A stretch of DNA of 64,000 nt, from contig JAVHLL010000006.1 in NCBI GenBank assembly GCA_031082155.1, forward strand, positions 952-64,951, given 5' to 3'. A program made the translations under genes and the position numbers. The notes beneath the pieces were generated by a model. It did no database searches, was not told where the DNA came from, and was given only the letters and a program-made list of their open reading frames with translations. Below are positions 28,815 to 38,225 of the stretch, piece by piece (position 1 is the first letter of the stretch; each line of letters begins with the position of its first letter). The stretch comes from Thermodesulfovibrionales bacterium. GTDB lineage: Bacteria > Nitrospirota > Thermodesulfovibrionia > Thermodesulfovibrionales > SM23-35.

Positions 28815-28975
28815 CCGGAATAAGATGCGGCCCGGGCAGTGTGTGTGGGAAACTTGCATTCCATCCAGTGAAGTTCCATGGTCAATTATTATTGTGATAA
28901 TAAATACCGATAAAAGATTTCCGTTTGTACTTAATCGTCTTTAAGCACCATATTTCAGATGAGTAATTCAGGAAG

Positions 28976-29275
28976 TTATTGAAGGGGTTGCTTCTGTTGT
29001 TCAAGAAATTCTAAGCCGTATCTGTAGTAAAGACCATTATATTGTTTAGTCCAGCGGACAGTTGCGGACAGGGAAGATGGGAAGATATGATTCTTGACTG
29101 TTATCACTTGACCATTGTTAAGCGCCTCTGTTGCAAGAAGACATAGCCCCGACTGACTGATATTGGCAATAATACAATCAAACTCTCTCACAGGATTTGA
29201 TTGTTGATATAGCGTACACTCCATGGCTTTCACCATTTCTTTTCTTTCATGCCTTCTTTTCTGTGATTTTTCCAT
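28976..29275 (-). CDS. PilZ-domain protein
   Basis: 99 aa with RRHER (RxxxR) and ANISQSGL (NxSxxG). Confidence 0.7.
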   Translation of the reverse strand: MEKSQKRRHERKEMVKAMECTLYQQSNPVREFDCIIANISQSGLCLLATEALNNGQVITVKNHIFPSSLSATVRWTKQYNGLYYRYGLEFLEQQKQPLQ

Positions 29276-29701
29276 TTTTCATATTAATACAAATAATCAT
29301 TTTCTGGCAAGGCTTATCGTTTCAATCGAAAGGGATAAAGTTTCAGGCATTTTGCCTTAATATTTATCATTTGTTAATAATTAGGGATCAAGATATTTTA
29401 TATGATCAATATTTATCTGAACTGTTGCCTGTAAAAAATAGCCTGTAAAATACACCATGTCAGGTTTGTTTTAAATATAGCTGTATATATTTCGAAATTT
29501 ATAGATATGTTTTGTCACGTTTTAGTCACCTTTTTGTTAAATAGATGTTGAGATGGGTTCTGAACTCTATCTTATATTTTCGATATTTTCTGCTACAATT
29601 TTGCTGCAGTCGCATAGCGGCATTTCATATAGGAATTTATACCTCACCAGGCCCAGGGGCAATTGTATTCTGATCTTGAGATACAATGCGCAAAACTTTC
29701 C

Positions 29702-30598
29702 CTACCGCTGCTGTTCCTCGCCTTTTATCACAAGCCAATAAACAAAGCCGATCACCAAAATAGAGGCAATAAGGTACATCATCATTTCTGACTGTTCATG
29801 TTTCAGTGTTGCAATCATCGTTTCTCTTATGACCGCGACAAGCGCTACACTCACAAATACACTGATCCGAAATTTTCCTCCCTTAAGATGGGATATTTCT
29901 GTGTTCATCAGTTCTATCATCACCCATATGATAAGCAGGGAACCAAGTGAAGTGATGATGCCATGCTCAAGGTCTCCTGTAAAAAGTTTTTGTGCATCTG
30001 TTATAAATAGTCCAATAGCGCCCAAAGTTAGTCCAATCAGTGCAAGGATAAGAATGAGATTTGCACTCTGAAGAAATTTCTCCGAAAAATCTATGAGGGT
30101 ACTTTTAATGCGGTAGATTGAAGAATAATTTCTGATCTCTTCCTCAATATAAGATGACGTCATAATATCAAGATTGATGTCAAGAATCTTTTCGAAGACG
30201 AGCAAATTGGCAATGATTTCTTCCTCTGAATCTTTCTGGTTATAGAGAATATCAACCCCCAGGGTTCTGATTATGTTGACAGCTCTGTTGAGATAATGCG
30301 CATCTATTTCTCTCTTTACATGTACAATACCGATCTTAATGAGCCTTTCGAAGTATTTATTGTCATATTTTCCCTCAAACATAGCCAGATACCAACTCTT
30401 CTGCGCTTCGAATAAATGTGCTTTTCTTATATCTTCCGTCAATAATCTGGCCCCAATTTTTGTGCTCATAATATATGAGCTAAGAGCGCCTGCTATTTCC
30501 TGAACATGGACTTCCATGATCGGCTTCAGTCTCATAAGTCTCTGCTCGTCATCAGAAGTAAAATTGTAATTGTCCTTAATTTCCCTTAACGATCTCAT
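29702..30598 (-). CDS. protoglobin (globin-coupled sensor) domain fused to a PsiE-like membrane domain
   Basis: The N-terminal ~150 aa resemble protoglobin (FTSDDEQRLMRLKPIMEVH...EAQKSWYLAMFEGKYDNKYFERLIKIGIVHVKREID). The C-terminal ~110 aa carry TM helices resembling PsiE (LIIWVMIELMNTEISHLKGGKFRISVFVSVALVAVIRETMI). Confidence 0.6.
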   Translation of the reverse strand: MRSLREIKDNYNFTSDDEQRLMRLKPIMEVHVQEIAGALSSYIMSTKIGARLLTEDIRKAHLFEAQKSWYLAMFEGKYDNKYFERLIKIGIVHVKREIDAHYLNRAVNIIRTLGVDILYNQKDSEEEIIANLLVFEKILDINLDIMTSSYIEEEIRNYSSIYRIKSTLIDFSEKFLQSANLILILALIGLTLGAIGLFITDAQKLFTGDLEHGIITSLGSLLIIWVMIELMNTEISHLKGGKFRISVFVSVALVAVIRETMIATLKHEQSEMMMYLIASILVIGFVYWLVIKGEEQQR

Positions 30599-30965
30599 GG
30601 TTGCCTCTTAAAATATTGCAGCTGGTAATATCGCATGCATAAAAAATATCCTATTTCCATCTTTTATGTTTCCAGTTCGATTTTGATTGTTTTAACCTGT
30701 CTTTTGCCTTTTGGCTCTTTTCTGAGCATTACTATTGTTGAAAGACATTAGAATTAATAATCATTATAGCAAAGATTAAAATTGTGTTGTTCAGATGGAA
30801 GAATACACCTTATAAGATACCGAGCGTTGAAGCGGGTTTCAGCCGCATTACAACCAACTGAAGGATAATCGCAAGACATAGCCTCGCATCGCTCAATGCG
30901 ATTACAGGGGCTGTGATATAATTTACACGTCCAAACCAAATCTGCGTACTATCGGGAGGAATGTA

Positions 30966-31928
30966 ATGGGTCTCCGATTTGAGGTCCAGCCTTTGCGAGG
31001 GTTTTTCCTATCTGGGATTCTGTGTCTAACGATATTGGTCACGATTTCCATGGTCGTTCTGCCATCGACGTCTTGCGCTCAGACAGACGGATACAATCCA
31101 GCGGGAAATGCAGTAAACTTCTCCTTCTCCGCAAGCACTCTCTACCAGTTTAACGCGCCTGTTGATGGTGGCGGAAAGTTGAATATTGCGCGCTACAACG
31201 CCGCCTTAGACATGTCGAGCAGGGTGAGCAGGGATCTTCGAATCGGTCTTAGCCTTGCCTATGAGTATGATGATTACGACTTCTCAGGCCTTACCAATTT
31301 CCCCATTGCACGCCCCTGGTCAGAGGTCAATCGCTTTGGCATCAGTGTCCCGGTTCACTACACCTTCACAGACAATTGGAGGCTCTTCGTGAGTTCTTCA
31401 GTCCAGTGGGCTGGAGAATCGCGCGCCAAATGGGACAATGCACTGTCCTATGGTGCTGTGGCGGGCATTTCTTATAAAATCCGTGACGTTCTAATCGGCC
31501 TCGGCGCGGGTGTTTACTCGAACATTGAGGATACCACTGTGTTTCCCTATATCACCGTCAACTGGCAGATGACCGAACGCCTTCGCCTCATCAATCCTTC
31601 CCGCACAAGCCCTGCCGGCCCCGCGGGTCTCGAACTCGTCTACTCCATCAACAAGTACTGGGAAACCGGTTTCGGCGCTGCATACCGATCCTATCGCTTC
31701 CGCCTTGAGGAGGATGGCCCGATCCCGAATGGCATTGGAGAGTACAAGACCGTTCCGGTCTTCGCCCGTATTTCCTGCAAGTTCACACCCCGGATATGTA
31801 TCGATGTGTATGGGGGTTCCACTTTTGTCAACAAGATATATATCGAGGACCAGGATGGCGATGAGCTTTTCAGTACGAAGACCGATATCGCACCGCTTAT
31901 CGGCCTAACCTTCGTGGCCAGATTTTAG
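30966..31928 (+). CDS. putative outer-membrane beta-barrel protein
   Basis: GGGAGGA RBS and a signal peptide ending ...STSCA. Amphipathic strand pattern with a C-terminal ...LTFVARF. Confidence 0.5.
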   Translation: MGLRFEVQPLRGFFLSGILCLTILVTISMVVLPSTSCAQTDGYNPAGNAVNFSFSASTLYQFNAPVDGGGKLNIARYNAALDMSSRVSRDLRIGLSLAYEYDDYDFSGLTNFPIARPWSEVNRFGISVPVHYTFTDNWRLFVSSSVQWAGESRAKWDNALSYGAVAGISYKIRDVLIGLGAGVYSNIEDTTVFPYITVNWQMTERLRLINPSRTSPAGPAGLELVYSINKYWETGFGAAYRSYRFRLEEDGPIPNGIGEYKTVPVFARISCKFTPRICIDVYGGSTFVNKIYIEDQDGDELFSTKTDIAPLIGLTFVARF

Positions 31929-31964
31929 CAGCTGACAGAAGGAATCGAACTGAGAATTGTAACT

Positions 31965-32366
31965 TCAGGACAAGCTGATAAGGCTTTTTCCGCCTCCAAT
32001 TAATGGGAGTATCTTTTCAACGCTAAAATATACTAAAAACTTTGGGCCCTTCTGCTTGTCCTCTTCCGGGGTCAAATTGCGTCTGGTCATTTTAGCTATT
32101 AAGGCTAAGTCAGTCGCTTCCTTTACCTTTTTCAAAAACAGCCTTACACCTCTGTGACCTGAGACATTCTCAATAAAAAGAAATGCCGCATAGGGATTTG
32201 ACTGCAGGTTAAGATGGGTCAGATGTTCTCTCATGATAAAAGCTAACGTTCCGTCATCAAAAATATAGGGGACAGAATAGATTGCTGCATCTACTTTCCC
32301 TGATGAATCAGCCGTAGACAAAACTCCTGTACCATTTACGCTGTCAAAGTATTCTTTCAGTGTCAT
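31965..32366 (-). CDS. pyridoxamine 5'-phosphate oxidase-family (FMN-binding split-barrel) protein
   Basis: 133 aa. GTGVLSTADSSGKVDAAIYSVPYIFDDGTLAFIM...NPYAAFLFIE is typical of this fold family. Confidence 0.65.
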   Translation of the reverse strand: MTLKEYFDSVNGTGVLSTADSSGKVDAAIYSVPYIFDDGTLAFIMREHLTHLNLQSNPYAAFLFIENVSGHRGVRLFLKKVKEATDLALIAKMTRRNLTPEEDKQKGPKFLVYFSVEKILPLIGGGKSLISLS

Positions 32367-32373
32367 GTTTCTC

Positions 32374-32955
32374 CTATGGTTGATCTGTTTTAATAAGGTT
32401 CGAGGTATTATATTGGTTATCCTTTAGGCGGGAGAGAATCGCTTCATATAATTCTCCCTCCATCTTCCTGGTGCGACTTAAAATCCAAAGGTATTCCCGG
32501 CTCGGATGTCCTATAATGGAGTATTCATAGTTTTTCCCCAAGTCGATTATCCAGTAGTCCCCTGCAAAAGGCCAGAAAAAAGATACCTTGAGCTTGGCAT
32601 TTGATTCTTTGTCCACTACCCATGCCTTACCTTTAGCAGACCTTATCTTGCCGCTGAATGACTTGTCATAGCATTCGTTGAGAACAGTGATCTTCCCATC
32701 ATCTCTCAGAGTATACGTTGCCTTGCTTCCCACGCAACCCTCCTGGAAGCTGTGCGGATATCTCGCAATCTCGTACCATACCCCTGTATAACGGTTTACA
32801 TCTACATAAGGAACAACCGGTAAGGGGGAAGATGTTTGTTTCGACATCTTAGCGCATCCTATCAGGCCCAGAAGTATTGAAGTTATGGTTAAAATACAGA
32901 ATGCTTTTAACCCTGATGTAGAATTATACCGATTCATTTTTCGTCTTTGTTCCAT
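32374..32955 (-). CDS. blc: bacterial lipocalin (Blc) outer-membrane lipoprotein
   Basis: Lipobox LGLIGC. Lipocalin signature VDVNRYTGVWYEIARYP plus YWIIDLG..YEYSIIG...YLWILSR. Confidence 0.85.
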   Translation of the reverse strand: MEQRRKMNRYNSTSGLKAFCILTITSILLGLIGCAKMSKQTSSPLPVVPYVDVNRYTGVWYEIARYPHSFQEGCVGSKATYTLRDDGKITVLNECYDKSFSGKIRSAKGKAWVVDKESNAKLKVSFFWPFAGDYWIIDLGKNYEYSIIGHPSREYLWILSRTRKMEGELYEAILSRLKDNQYNTSNLIKTDQP

Positions 32956-33483
32956 GCGCTCATTAACAGGAGCTTTTGCATTTACAGGTCAATGACATTC
33001 GCTTAGATACTTTTCTGATTTTCATGAAATCTTCCCTTTAGAGGATAAAGCAAACTTCTTGTCCGGTTGTTTCGGTCCTTATTAATTATATATAATTTAA
33101 AAATAATTTTCTAATTGCAAACTTGTGGTTTGGACGGCAAAGATGAACAGGTATATATCACCGGAACATACAGCAATGATCATACATGATAAATCGGTGA
33201 CAAGCATTGAGTTCTCACTGTGCTGGCAGAGCTCCGATATACTCCACACCGACTGCTTTTTTTGCAGGGAAAGTGAATTTTTACCGGGGTATCTTTCCAC
33301 GGAAGATTAACGATTTACTTATGGGAAAGGGAGATACAATAGAAATTCCAAACATTGTAAAGGACATTGTATCGCCCTATGCACAGGATTCTGAGGCCTC
33401 TCAGGATATGCGGTTTCGATTTGTCTATGGAAACCTAAAAGAAGCGCTTACGGATGTTTTTACGTAATCAGAACAACTAACGA

Positions 33484-33939
33484 ATGGAGGCATTGATGCC
33501 GCTTTTTGAAGGATTAGTATCTGGATTAGCAGCGGGAATCCTGATGGGCCTGATATCCCATGCAGGGTTTAAGGGTGGGATGTTTAAATCAAGCATTCTC
33601 ATTATTGACGGCATGTTTGTTCAGCAAAAAGCAAGGTTGAAATACAACCAACAACAAGCGATACTGTTCGGAGTTCCTGTTCATCTCTTTACCAGCGTAA
33701 CTTTCGGCCTTGCCTATGCAGTTCCCATCAGCATCATGAAACTCGAATTACTGAATGGATGGCTGATTGCCCTCTATGTTTTCCTGCTCTGGCTTTCCAT
33801 GCTGTTTATAGCACTTCCTACCGCAGGACAGGGATTCCTTGGAAGAAGATTAGGATCATTTACCTGGCTTGAACAGATGGTGATTCATGTGATATTCGGC
33901 ATAGGGTTATGGGGCATCCTATATTTTCTCGAAGGATAA
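33484..33939 (+). CDS. hypothetical integral membrane protein
   Basis: 151 aa with four hydrophobic helices. No family recognised. Confidence 0.5.
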   Translation: MEALMPLFEGLVSGLAAGILMGLISHAGFKGGMFKSSILIIDGMFVQQKARLKYNQQQAILFGVPVHLFTSVTFGLAYAVPISIMKLELLNGWLIALYVFLLWLSMLFIALPTAGQGFLGRRLGSFTWLEQMVIHVIFGIGLWGILYFLEG

Positions 33940-34752
33940 TAAGTAGCTTTTCCTTTTTATGGCATGGACGATAAGAAATGTGTTCCATTCTTTTTGTTTT
34001 TTCCCCCAAGTCCCGTCACTGTTTTGCGTCTCTCTTAATTTAAGCAAAGTCCGTTTGAGTAACTTGTCTGATTGTTCAAGATTCAGATGTCTAAGTGCAT
34101 TCACCGTCTGATAAAAAGGTATTTGTATGGGCCAGCTACCGTCTTCCCTCTGCACTGCTTCTAATCTTGACAGAAACAACCTTACTACGTTACTTTCTCT
34201 ATACTTTGGATGTACTGCAAATGCCCTAAGAAAGTTATTTGAACATGACCAAGCACACCACTTGCCTTCTTTCTCTTCGCCTTTAATGCGAAGCATTTCA
34301 TAGACACGGATGATTCTTGTATCGCGTTCTTCACCGAAAATAGTCGCAAGAAAAAGAATGGCACACTTTGCGAAATGCTCATAACAGCCATGAGAAAAGG
34401 GAAGGTTCTGCAGACCCCGGGCAAATACTTTTTCTGACGGCATGTACAGGTTCGTTTCTTGTTCTAAAAACACCTCCTGTGACAGGAGCCATTCGAGGGC
34501 TTTTTCGATCTGTTCATTCTTATTTCTCACTGTCAGGTGCAGTGCAAATAACCTTTGGACTGTGATTAGAAAAGAATTTTTCCATAAACCATTTATACTT
34601 TGTTCTGAATACAGAGCATCTACTGTTTGTTTAAAATCATTTTTCCATCTGCGCGTGTCTTCCTGTAACCACTTTTGTCTTACATAGAGCGCCATGGGAG
34701 TCTTGCGCTTGCTAAAAACCTGCAGAGGATTATGTGTCAAGAATGGTTTCAT
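33919..34752 (-). CDS. hypothetical protein with prenyltransferase/terpene-cyclase-like repeats
   Basis: Repeated xDG(S/T/L)W motifs (INGLWKNS, REDGSWP, NSDGTWG). The functional assignment is weak. Confidence 0.4.
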   Translation of the reverse strand: MKPFLTHNPLQVFSKRKTPMALYVRQKWLQEDTRRWKNDFKQTVDALYSEQSINGLWKNSFLITVQRLFALHLTVRNKNEQIEKALEWLLSQEVFLEQETNLYMPSEKVFARGLQNLPFSHGCYEHFAKCAILFLATIFGEERDTRIIRVYEMLRIKGEEKEGKWCAWSCSNNFLRAFAVHPKYRESNVVRLFLSRLEAVQREDGSWPIQIPFYQTVNALRHLNLEQSDKLLKRTLLKLRETQNSDGTWGKKQKEWNTFLIVHAIKRKSYLLSFEKI

Positions 34753-34858
34753 AGGGGGAAAAACTCACGATATCGGATGCTATGGTCCCTTAATATTCTA
34801 ACGCGTTACCTCTACCAAGGAGGTTTATCCACATTTTCTTTCTATAAGCCTCGACCAT

Positions 34859-36067
34859 TTATAAGAATCTTTTCAAAAATTGTGTGATATGTACATGCGT
34901 GATACCTTTTTCACCACCTTCGATCATCTTGTCCATAGAGACCACGAATTTCGGGTAATTATCCCGAATCTGAAGTAGATTTCCAAATTCTCTTGCGTGC
35001 GCCTTTTCGTCGGGAATAAGGTATGCTACCTGCACATAGAACCTCTCCCCTTGTTTTTCGCAGACAAAATCGATCTCCTTTGAGCCTAATTGTCCGATCG
35101 TGACAGTATAACCCGATGCACGGAGGTGCATATATACAATATTCTCAAGCATTTTATTGATATCAGACGGTTTGTAGCCGACAAGGGCATGTCTCAGCCC
35201 GCTATCCTCAAAATAATATTTCTCGTTGATCTCAAAAATACGTTTGCCGCCTATCTCGGAACGGCGTACCTTGAAGATAAGAAAAGCATTGGCCAAAAAG
35301 GAAAGATAGTTCAGGACGATGTTGGGTGAAATGTTGGTCTTCTGCGACTTCAGGAAATCGCTGATCTTTTTTGCGGAAACCAGCCTTCCCGTGTTGTCCG
35401 CAATATACTCGACAAGCCTCTCAAGAAATGCAATGCTCCTGATTTTGTACCGCGCAACCACATCCTTAAAGAGTATTGTATTGTTGATGCTTCTCAGATA
35501 GTCGTAGACAACCATATCATTCAGATCGAGATTGACCAGATAGGGAAGCCCGCCATATTTTATGTATTTCAAAAAAGAGTCTTCGTTATTATCAAGATTA
35601 TGGAATACGAGAAACTCAGGATAGGAGAGGCTGTACACATCTATTTCCACGTATCTTCCGGACAGATTCGTGGCAAGTTCGCCGGAAAGGAGATCGGCAT
35701 TGCTTCCGCTGCAGTAAATATCAAATCTGCCGCTTGCCTGAAGATCCCTCAGCGCTTTTTCGAACTGAGATATGCCCTGGATTTCGTCAATCAGGAGAGC
35801 GGTTCTCTTTTGTTTCCCTGCTCTCTTTTTTATATAACTCAGCAGGTCGTGATAATCCCTGATCGGCTCGAATTCATGCAACTCCTTGTTGATAGAGAGA
35901 ATTGCATCCCTTTTCGTTCCCTGCCTGACCAGCTCATCTATTATCTGGAACAATAGATAACTCTTCCCGACTCTTCGCTGCCCTACAAGGACTTTGATGA
36001 TGTCCTTATTCATGAAAGGCAGTATACGGTCGAGATAGTATGAACGTTTGATATACTTTTTAATCAT
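34859..36067 (-). CDS. AAA-family ATPase with DUF4143-type C-terminal domain
   Basis: Walker A GQRRVGKSYLL and Walker B LLIDEIQ. The C-terminus is typical of the ATPase/DUF4143 family. I chose the ATG at 36067 (MIKKYIKR). Confidence 0.8.
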   Translation of the reverse strand: MIKKYIKRSYYLDRILPFMNKDIIKVLVGQRRVGKSYLLFQIIDELVRQGTKRDAILSINKELHEFEPIRDYHDLLSYIKKRAGKQKRTALLIDEIQGISQFEKALRDLQASGRFDIYCSGSNADLLSGELATNLSGRYVEIDVYSLSYPEFLVFHNLDNNEDSFLKYIKYGGLPYLVNLDLNDMVVYDYLRSINNTILFKDVVARYKIRSIAFLERLVEYIADNTGRLVSAKKISDFLKSQKTNISPNIVLNYLSFLANAFLIFKVRRSEIGGKRIFEINEKYYFEDSGLRHALVGYKPSDINKMLENIVYMHLRASGYTVTIGQLGSKEIDFVCEKQGERFYVQVAYLIPDEKAHAREFGNLLQIRDNYPKFVVSMDKMIEGGEKGITHVHITQFLKRFL

Positions 36068-36392
36068 GATTAAAATATTCCTATATTTATAAGTATGTTT
36101 TAAGTATACATAAAACAGCAAAGAGATGAAATAAGAAAAGAAGAGCTTGCCTTATCTCTTTTTGATAGGAAAATTGTCATTTCGTACTTCCTGCAATTTG
36201 CCTTGCCTCTTACAGGAATCGAAGCCGTGACACCAAAGAAGATATCAAGATATGCCCATCATTGCCCAGAATTTCTGAGACATGGCGTAGAAGTTCTGGA
36301 AAATTGCTATAGATTTGCTACAGTTGATAATCCTGATCATAATGAAGCAAAAGCAGGGGTTGTGTAACGTGTCGAAGTTTAAGGGTAAAGGT

Positions 36393-36442
36393 GGTACCCC
36401 CTGCAGGAATTGAACCTGCGGCACCAGGTTTAGGAAACCGAT
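36393..36442 (-). tRNA. tRNA-Arg(CCT)-like 3' fragment (anticodon arm to CCA); putative att core, not an intact tRNA
   Basis: The minus strand reads TCGGT-TTCCTAA-ACCTG-GTGCC-GCAGG-TTCAATT-CCTGC-AGGGGGT-A-CCA. That gives an anticodon loop U-U-CCU-A-A, a 5-nt variable loop, a canonical T-arm, the acceptor 3' strand and an encoded CCA. The adjacent 5' side has only 21 nt and cannot form a D-arm. Confidence 0.55.
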
Positions 36443-36555
36443 TTGGCCGGGACCAAGAAGGCTTGAAAATACCTAATTTATTGCATCATATCAATAAGTT
36501 ATCATGCTTTTGCACTACGTTAAGATTTGTCGTATTTTGCCTTGTTTTGAGCTAT

Positions 36556-36577
36556 TTTTATCACACTTTTATCACAC
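36556..36577 (+). repeat. tandem 11-mer (ttttatcacac x2), possible recombinase/accessory-protein arm site
   Basis: Two exact adjacent copies lie 114 nt inside the island from the tRNA fragment. Confidence 0.35.
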
Positions 36578-36865
36578 CCCCTTTAATGGGAAATTCCCTT
36601 AAAATTAAAGATTTGATGCCTCGTACTGAAGGAGATATTTAAAAGTTACACAAAGAGAATATTGCCTAACCCCAATCTTTTTGACGATTTCATTGCCTTT
36701 TTTATTCAAGGCGTGATATATATGCAACGTACTAAATTGCGTATTCCTGTGAAAGCTGCCACCGTTTCCAGTCAATCTGCCACCTGTTACAGACAATAGG
36801 TCAATTCTTGATACACAATTCTTGATAACGCTTGACAATAGTAACGCGATGGGATATTATTAATT

Positions 36866-37144
36866 ATGATTAAATCGTTCAAGTGCCGTGATACTGAAGC
36901 TATGTTTAACGGCAAACGCATAGAGCGGTTTATCAGTATTCAGTCTGGGGCTATGCGGAAACTTGCGCTATTGAATGTTGCCGGGAGGATAGAAGACCTG
37001 AGAGTGCCGCCGGGCAACAGGCTTGAGGCGCTCAAGGGCAAACGGCAAGGACAATGGAGCGTTCGTATTAACGATCAGTGGCGCATCTGCTTCAGGTGTG
37101 AAGCTGGTAACGCCTTTGATGTTGAGATTGTCGATTATCACTAA
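36866..37144 (+). CDS. higB: type II toxin HigB (RelE/ParE superfamily, killer protein)
   Basis: 92 aa. MIKSFKCRDTEAMF...PPGNRLEALKGKRQGQWSVRINDQWRICFRCEAGNAFDVEIVDYH is the classic HigB pattern. Confidence 0.85.
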   Translation: MIKSFKCRDTEAMFNGKRIERFISIQSGAMRKLALLNVAGRIEDLRVPPGNRLEALKGKRQGQWSVRINDQWRICFRCEAGNAFDVEIVDYH

Positions 37145-37156
37145 GGAGGCTGTTGT

Positions 37157-37456
37157 ATGAGAAAAAGACAAGTGCCATATCCTACGCCAGGCGAAATTCT
37201 GATTGAAGAATTTTTAAAGCCTATGGGGCTAACACAATACCGGCTTGCAAAAGAAATAAGCGTATCCCAAAGACGGATCGGAGAAATTATAGCCGGCAAG
37301 CGTGCTATCACAACGAACACCGGGCTCCGGCTGTCTCGTTTTTTCGGTCTGAGTGATGGGTTTTGGGAACGGTTGCAGATTGACTACGACCTGGCTGTTG
37401 CAAAGGACGAAATGGCTGAAACACTTAACAGAATAAAGCCGTATGCTGTCGCGTAG
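37157..37456 (+). CDS. higA: type II antitoxin HigA (XRE-family HTH)
   Basis: 99 aa. PGEILIEEFLKPMGLTQYRLAKEISVSQRRIGEIIAGKRAIT...LRLSRFFG. It lies 12 nt downstream of higB. Confidence 0.85.
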   Translation: MRKRQVPYPTPGEILIEEFLKPMGLTQYRLAKEISVSQRRIGEIIAGKRAITTNTGLRLSRFFGLSDGFWERLQIDYDLAVAKDEMAETLNRIKPYAVA

Positions 37457-37580
37457 GAAATGGCAACCTTCATAGGAATTGGTGGCAGGAATCATCCGGA
37501 AAATGCACTTAATTCTTAATTGGGTGACACTTATCGAATATCCTTATTGTAAGGGCCGATTTTTGCTCCAGTCTTTTCTA

Positions 37581-37730
37581 TAAGAACGTCGCTGTGGTGT
37601 GACTAAAATCCATGTTTTTGCCATTTACCAGTTCCTGAAGATATTCTTTTCGGGTCCATTTTTGATATCGGCACACGGATTTCCCCCACGTTCTTACACA
37701 CCTGATGTAGTAACTTTTTCTAAGTTGAAG
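37581..37730 (-). pseudogene. remnant of a tyrosine integrase N-terminal (arm-binding) region
   Basis: A 50-codon open frame without a start codon: LQLRKSYYIRCVRTWGKSVCRYQKWTRKEYLQELVNGKNMDFSHTTATFL*. The YYIR..GK......T(R/K)KE...L pattern is typical of integrase N-termini. No catalytic domain follows. Confidence 0.4.
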
Positions 37731-37758
37731 TTATAGCATGCATGCTATATGCTAAATC

Positions 37759-37809
37759 ATGGGTTGGACAATCGAGTACTACGCGACTCTGAAGGGAGAT
37801 ATCCTATAG
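37759..37809 (+). pseudogene. 16-codon stub of a Gp49/HigB-like toxin gene
   Basis: MGWTIEYYATLKGDIL* resembles the conserved N-terminus (W.IEYY) of Gp49/RelE-like toxins that normally precede XRE antitoxins. It is truncated 25 nt before the antitoxin ATG. Confidence 0.4.
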
Positions 37810-37834
37810 AACTCCTGTGAAGGAGAGGTATAAC

Positions 37835-38128
37835 ATGAAAAAGATAACGTATGAAGAACATGTCAAGGAGTTGCTCAAGAATAAAAAGGTCAGGGAGGAA
37901 TACGAAAAACTTCTTCCTGAGTATGAGCTTGCACGGAGCATCATTGAGCACAGGCTGAAGAAGAAGATGACACAGGAAGAGGTAGCCAAGAAGGCCGGAA
38001 TGCCTCAGTCTACGATTTCCCGAATCGAAGGACTTACACATGGACTCCCTAAAATTTCTACACTGAAAAAGATAGCGAATGCCCTTGATGCAAAAGTTGT
38101 TGTAAGGCTTGAATCCAAAAGGGCTTAA
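37835..38128 (+). CDS. XRE-family HTH protein (orphan antitoxin-like)
   Basis: AAGGAGAGG RBS before the ATG at 37835. HTH MTQEEVAKKAGMPQSTISRIEG. The C-terminus ends KIANALDAKVVVRLE. Confidence 0.75.
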   Translation: MKKITYEEHVKELLKNKKVREEYEKLLPEYELARSIIEHRLKKKMTQEEVAKKAGMPQSTISRIEGLTHGLPKISTLKKIANALDAKVVVRLESKRA

Positions 38129-38225
38129 AAGAGAAAAATATCCTCTCATTAGACGTTTCTGTATATCTGTGCATGCAGTGGGATATCAAACTGATAACAA
38201 CAAATAATTTTTATAACATATTGCG

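Noticed and set aside
36443-36469. Calling a complete 76-nt tRNA at 36393-36469.
   Set aside because: The 5' part is about 5 nt too short, lacks the D-loop GG and any 4-bp D-stem, and pairs with the acceptor strand only through three G-U pairs. Only the 3' 50 nt are tRNA-like.
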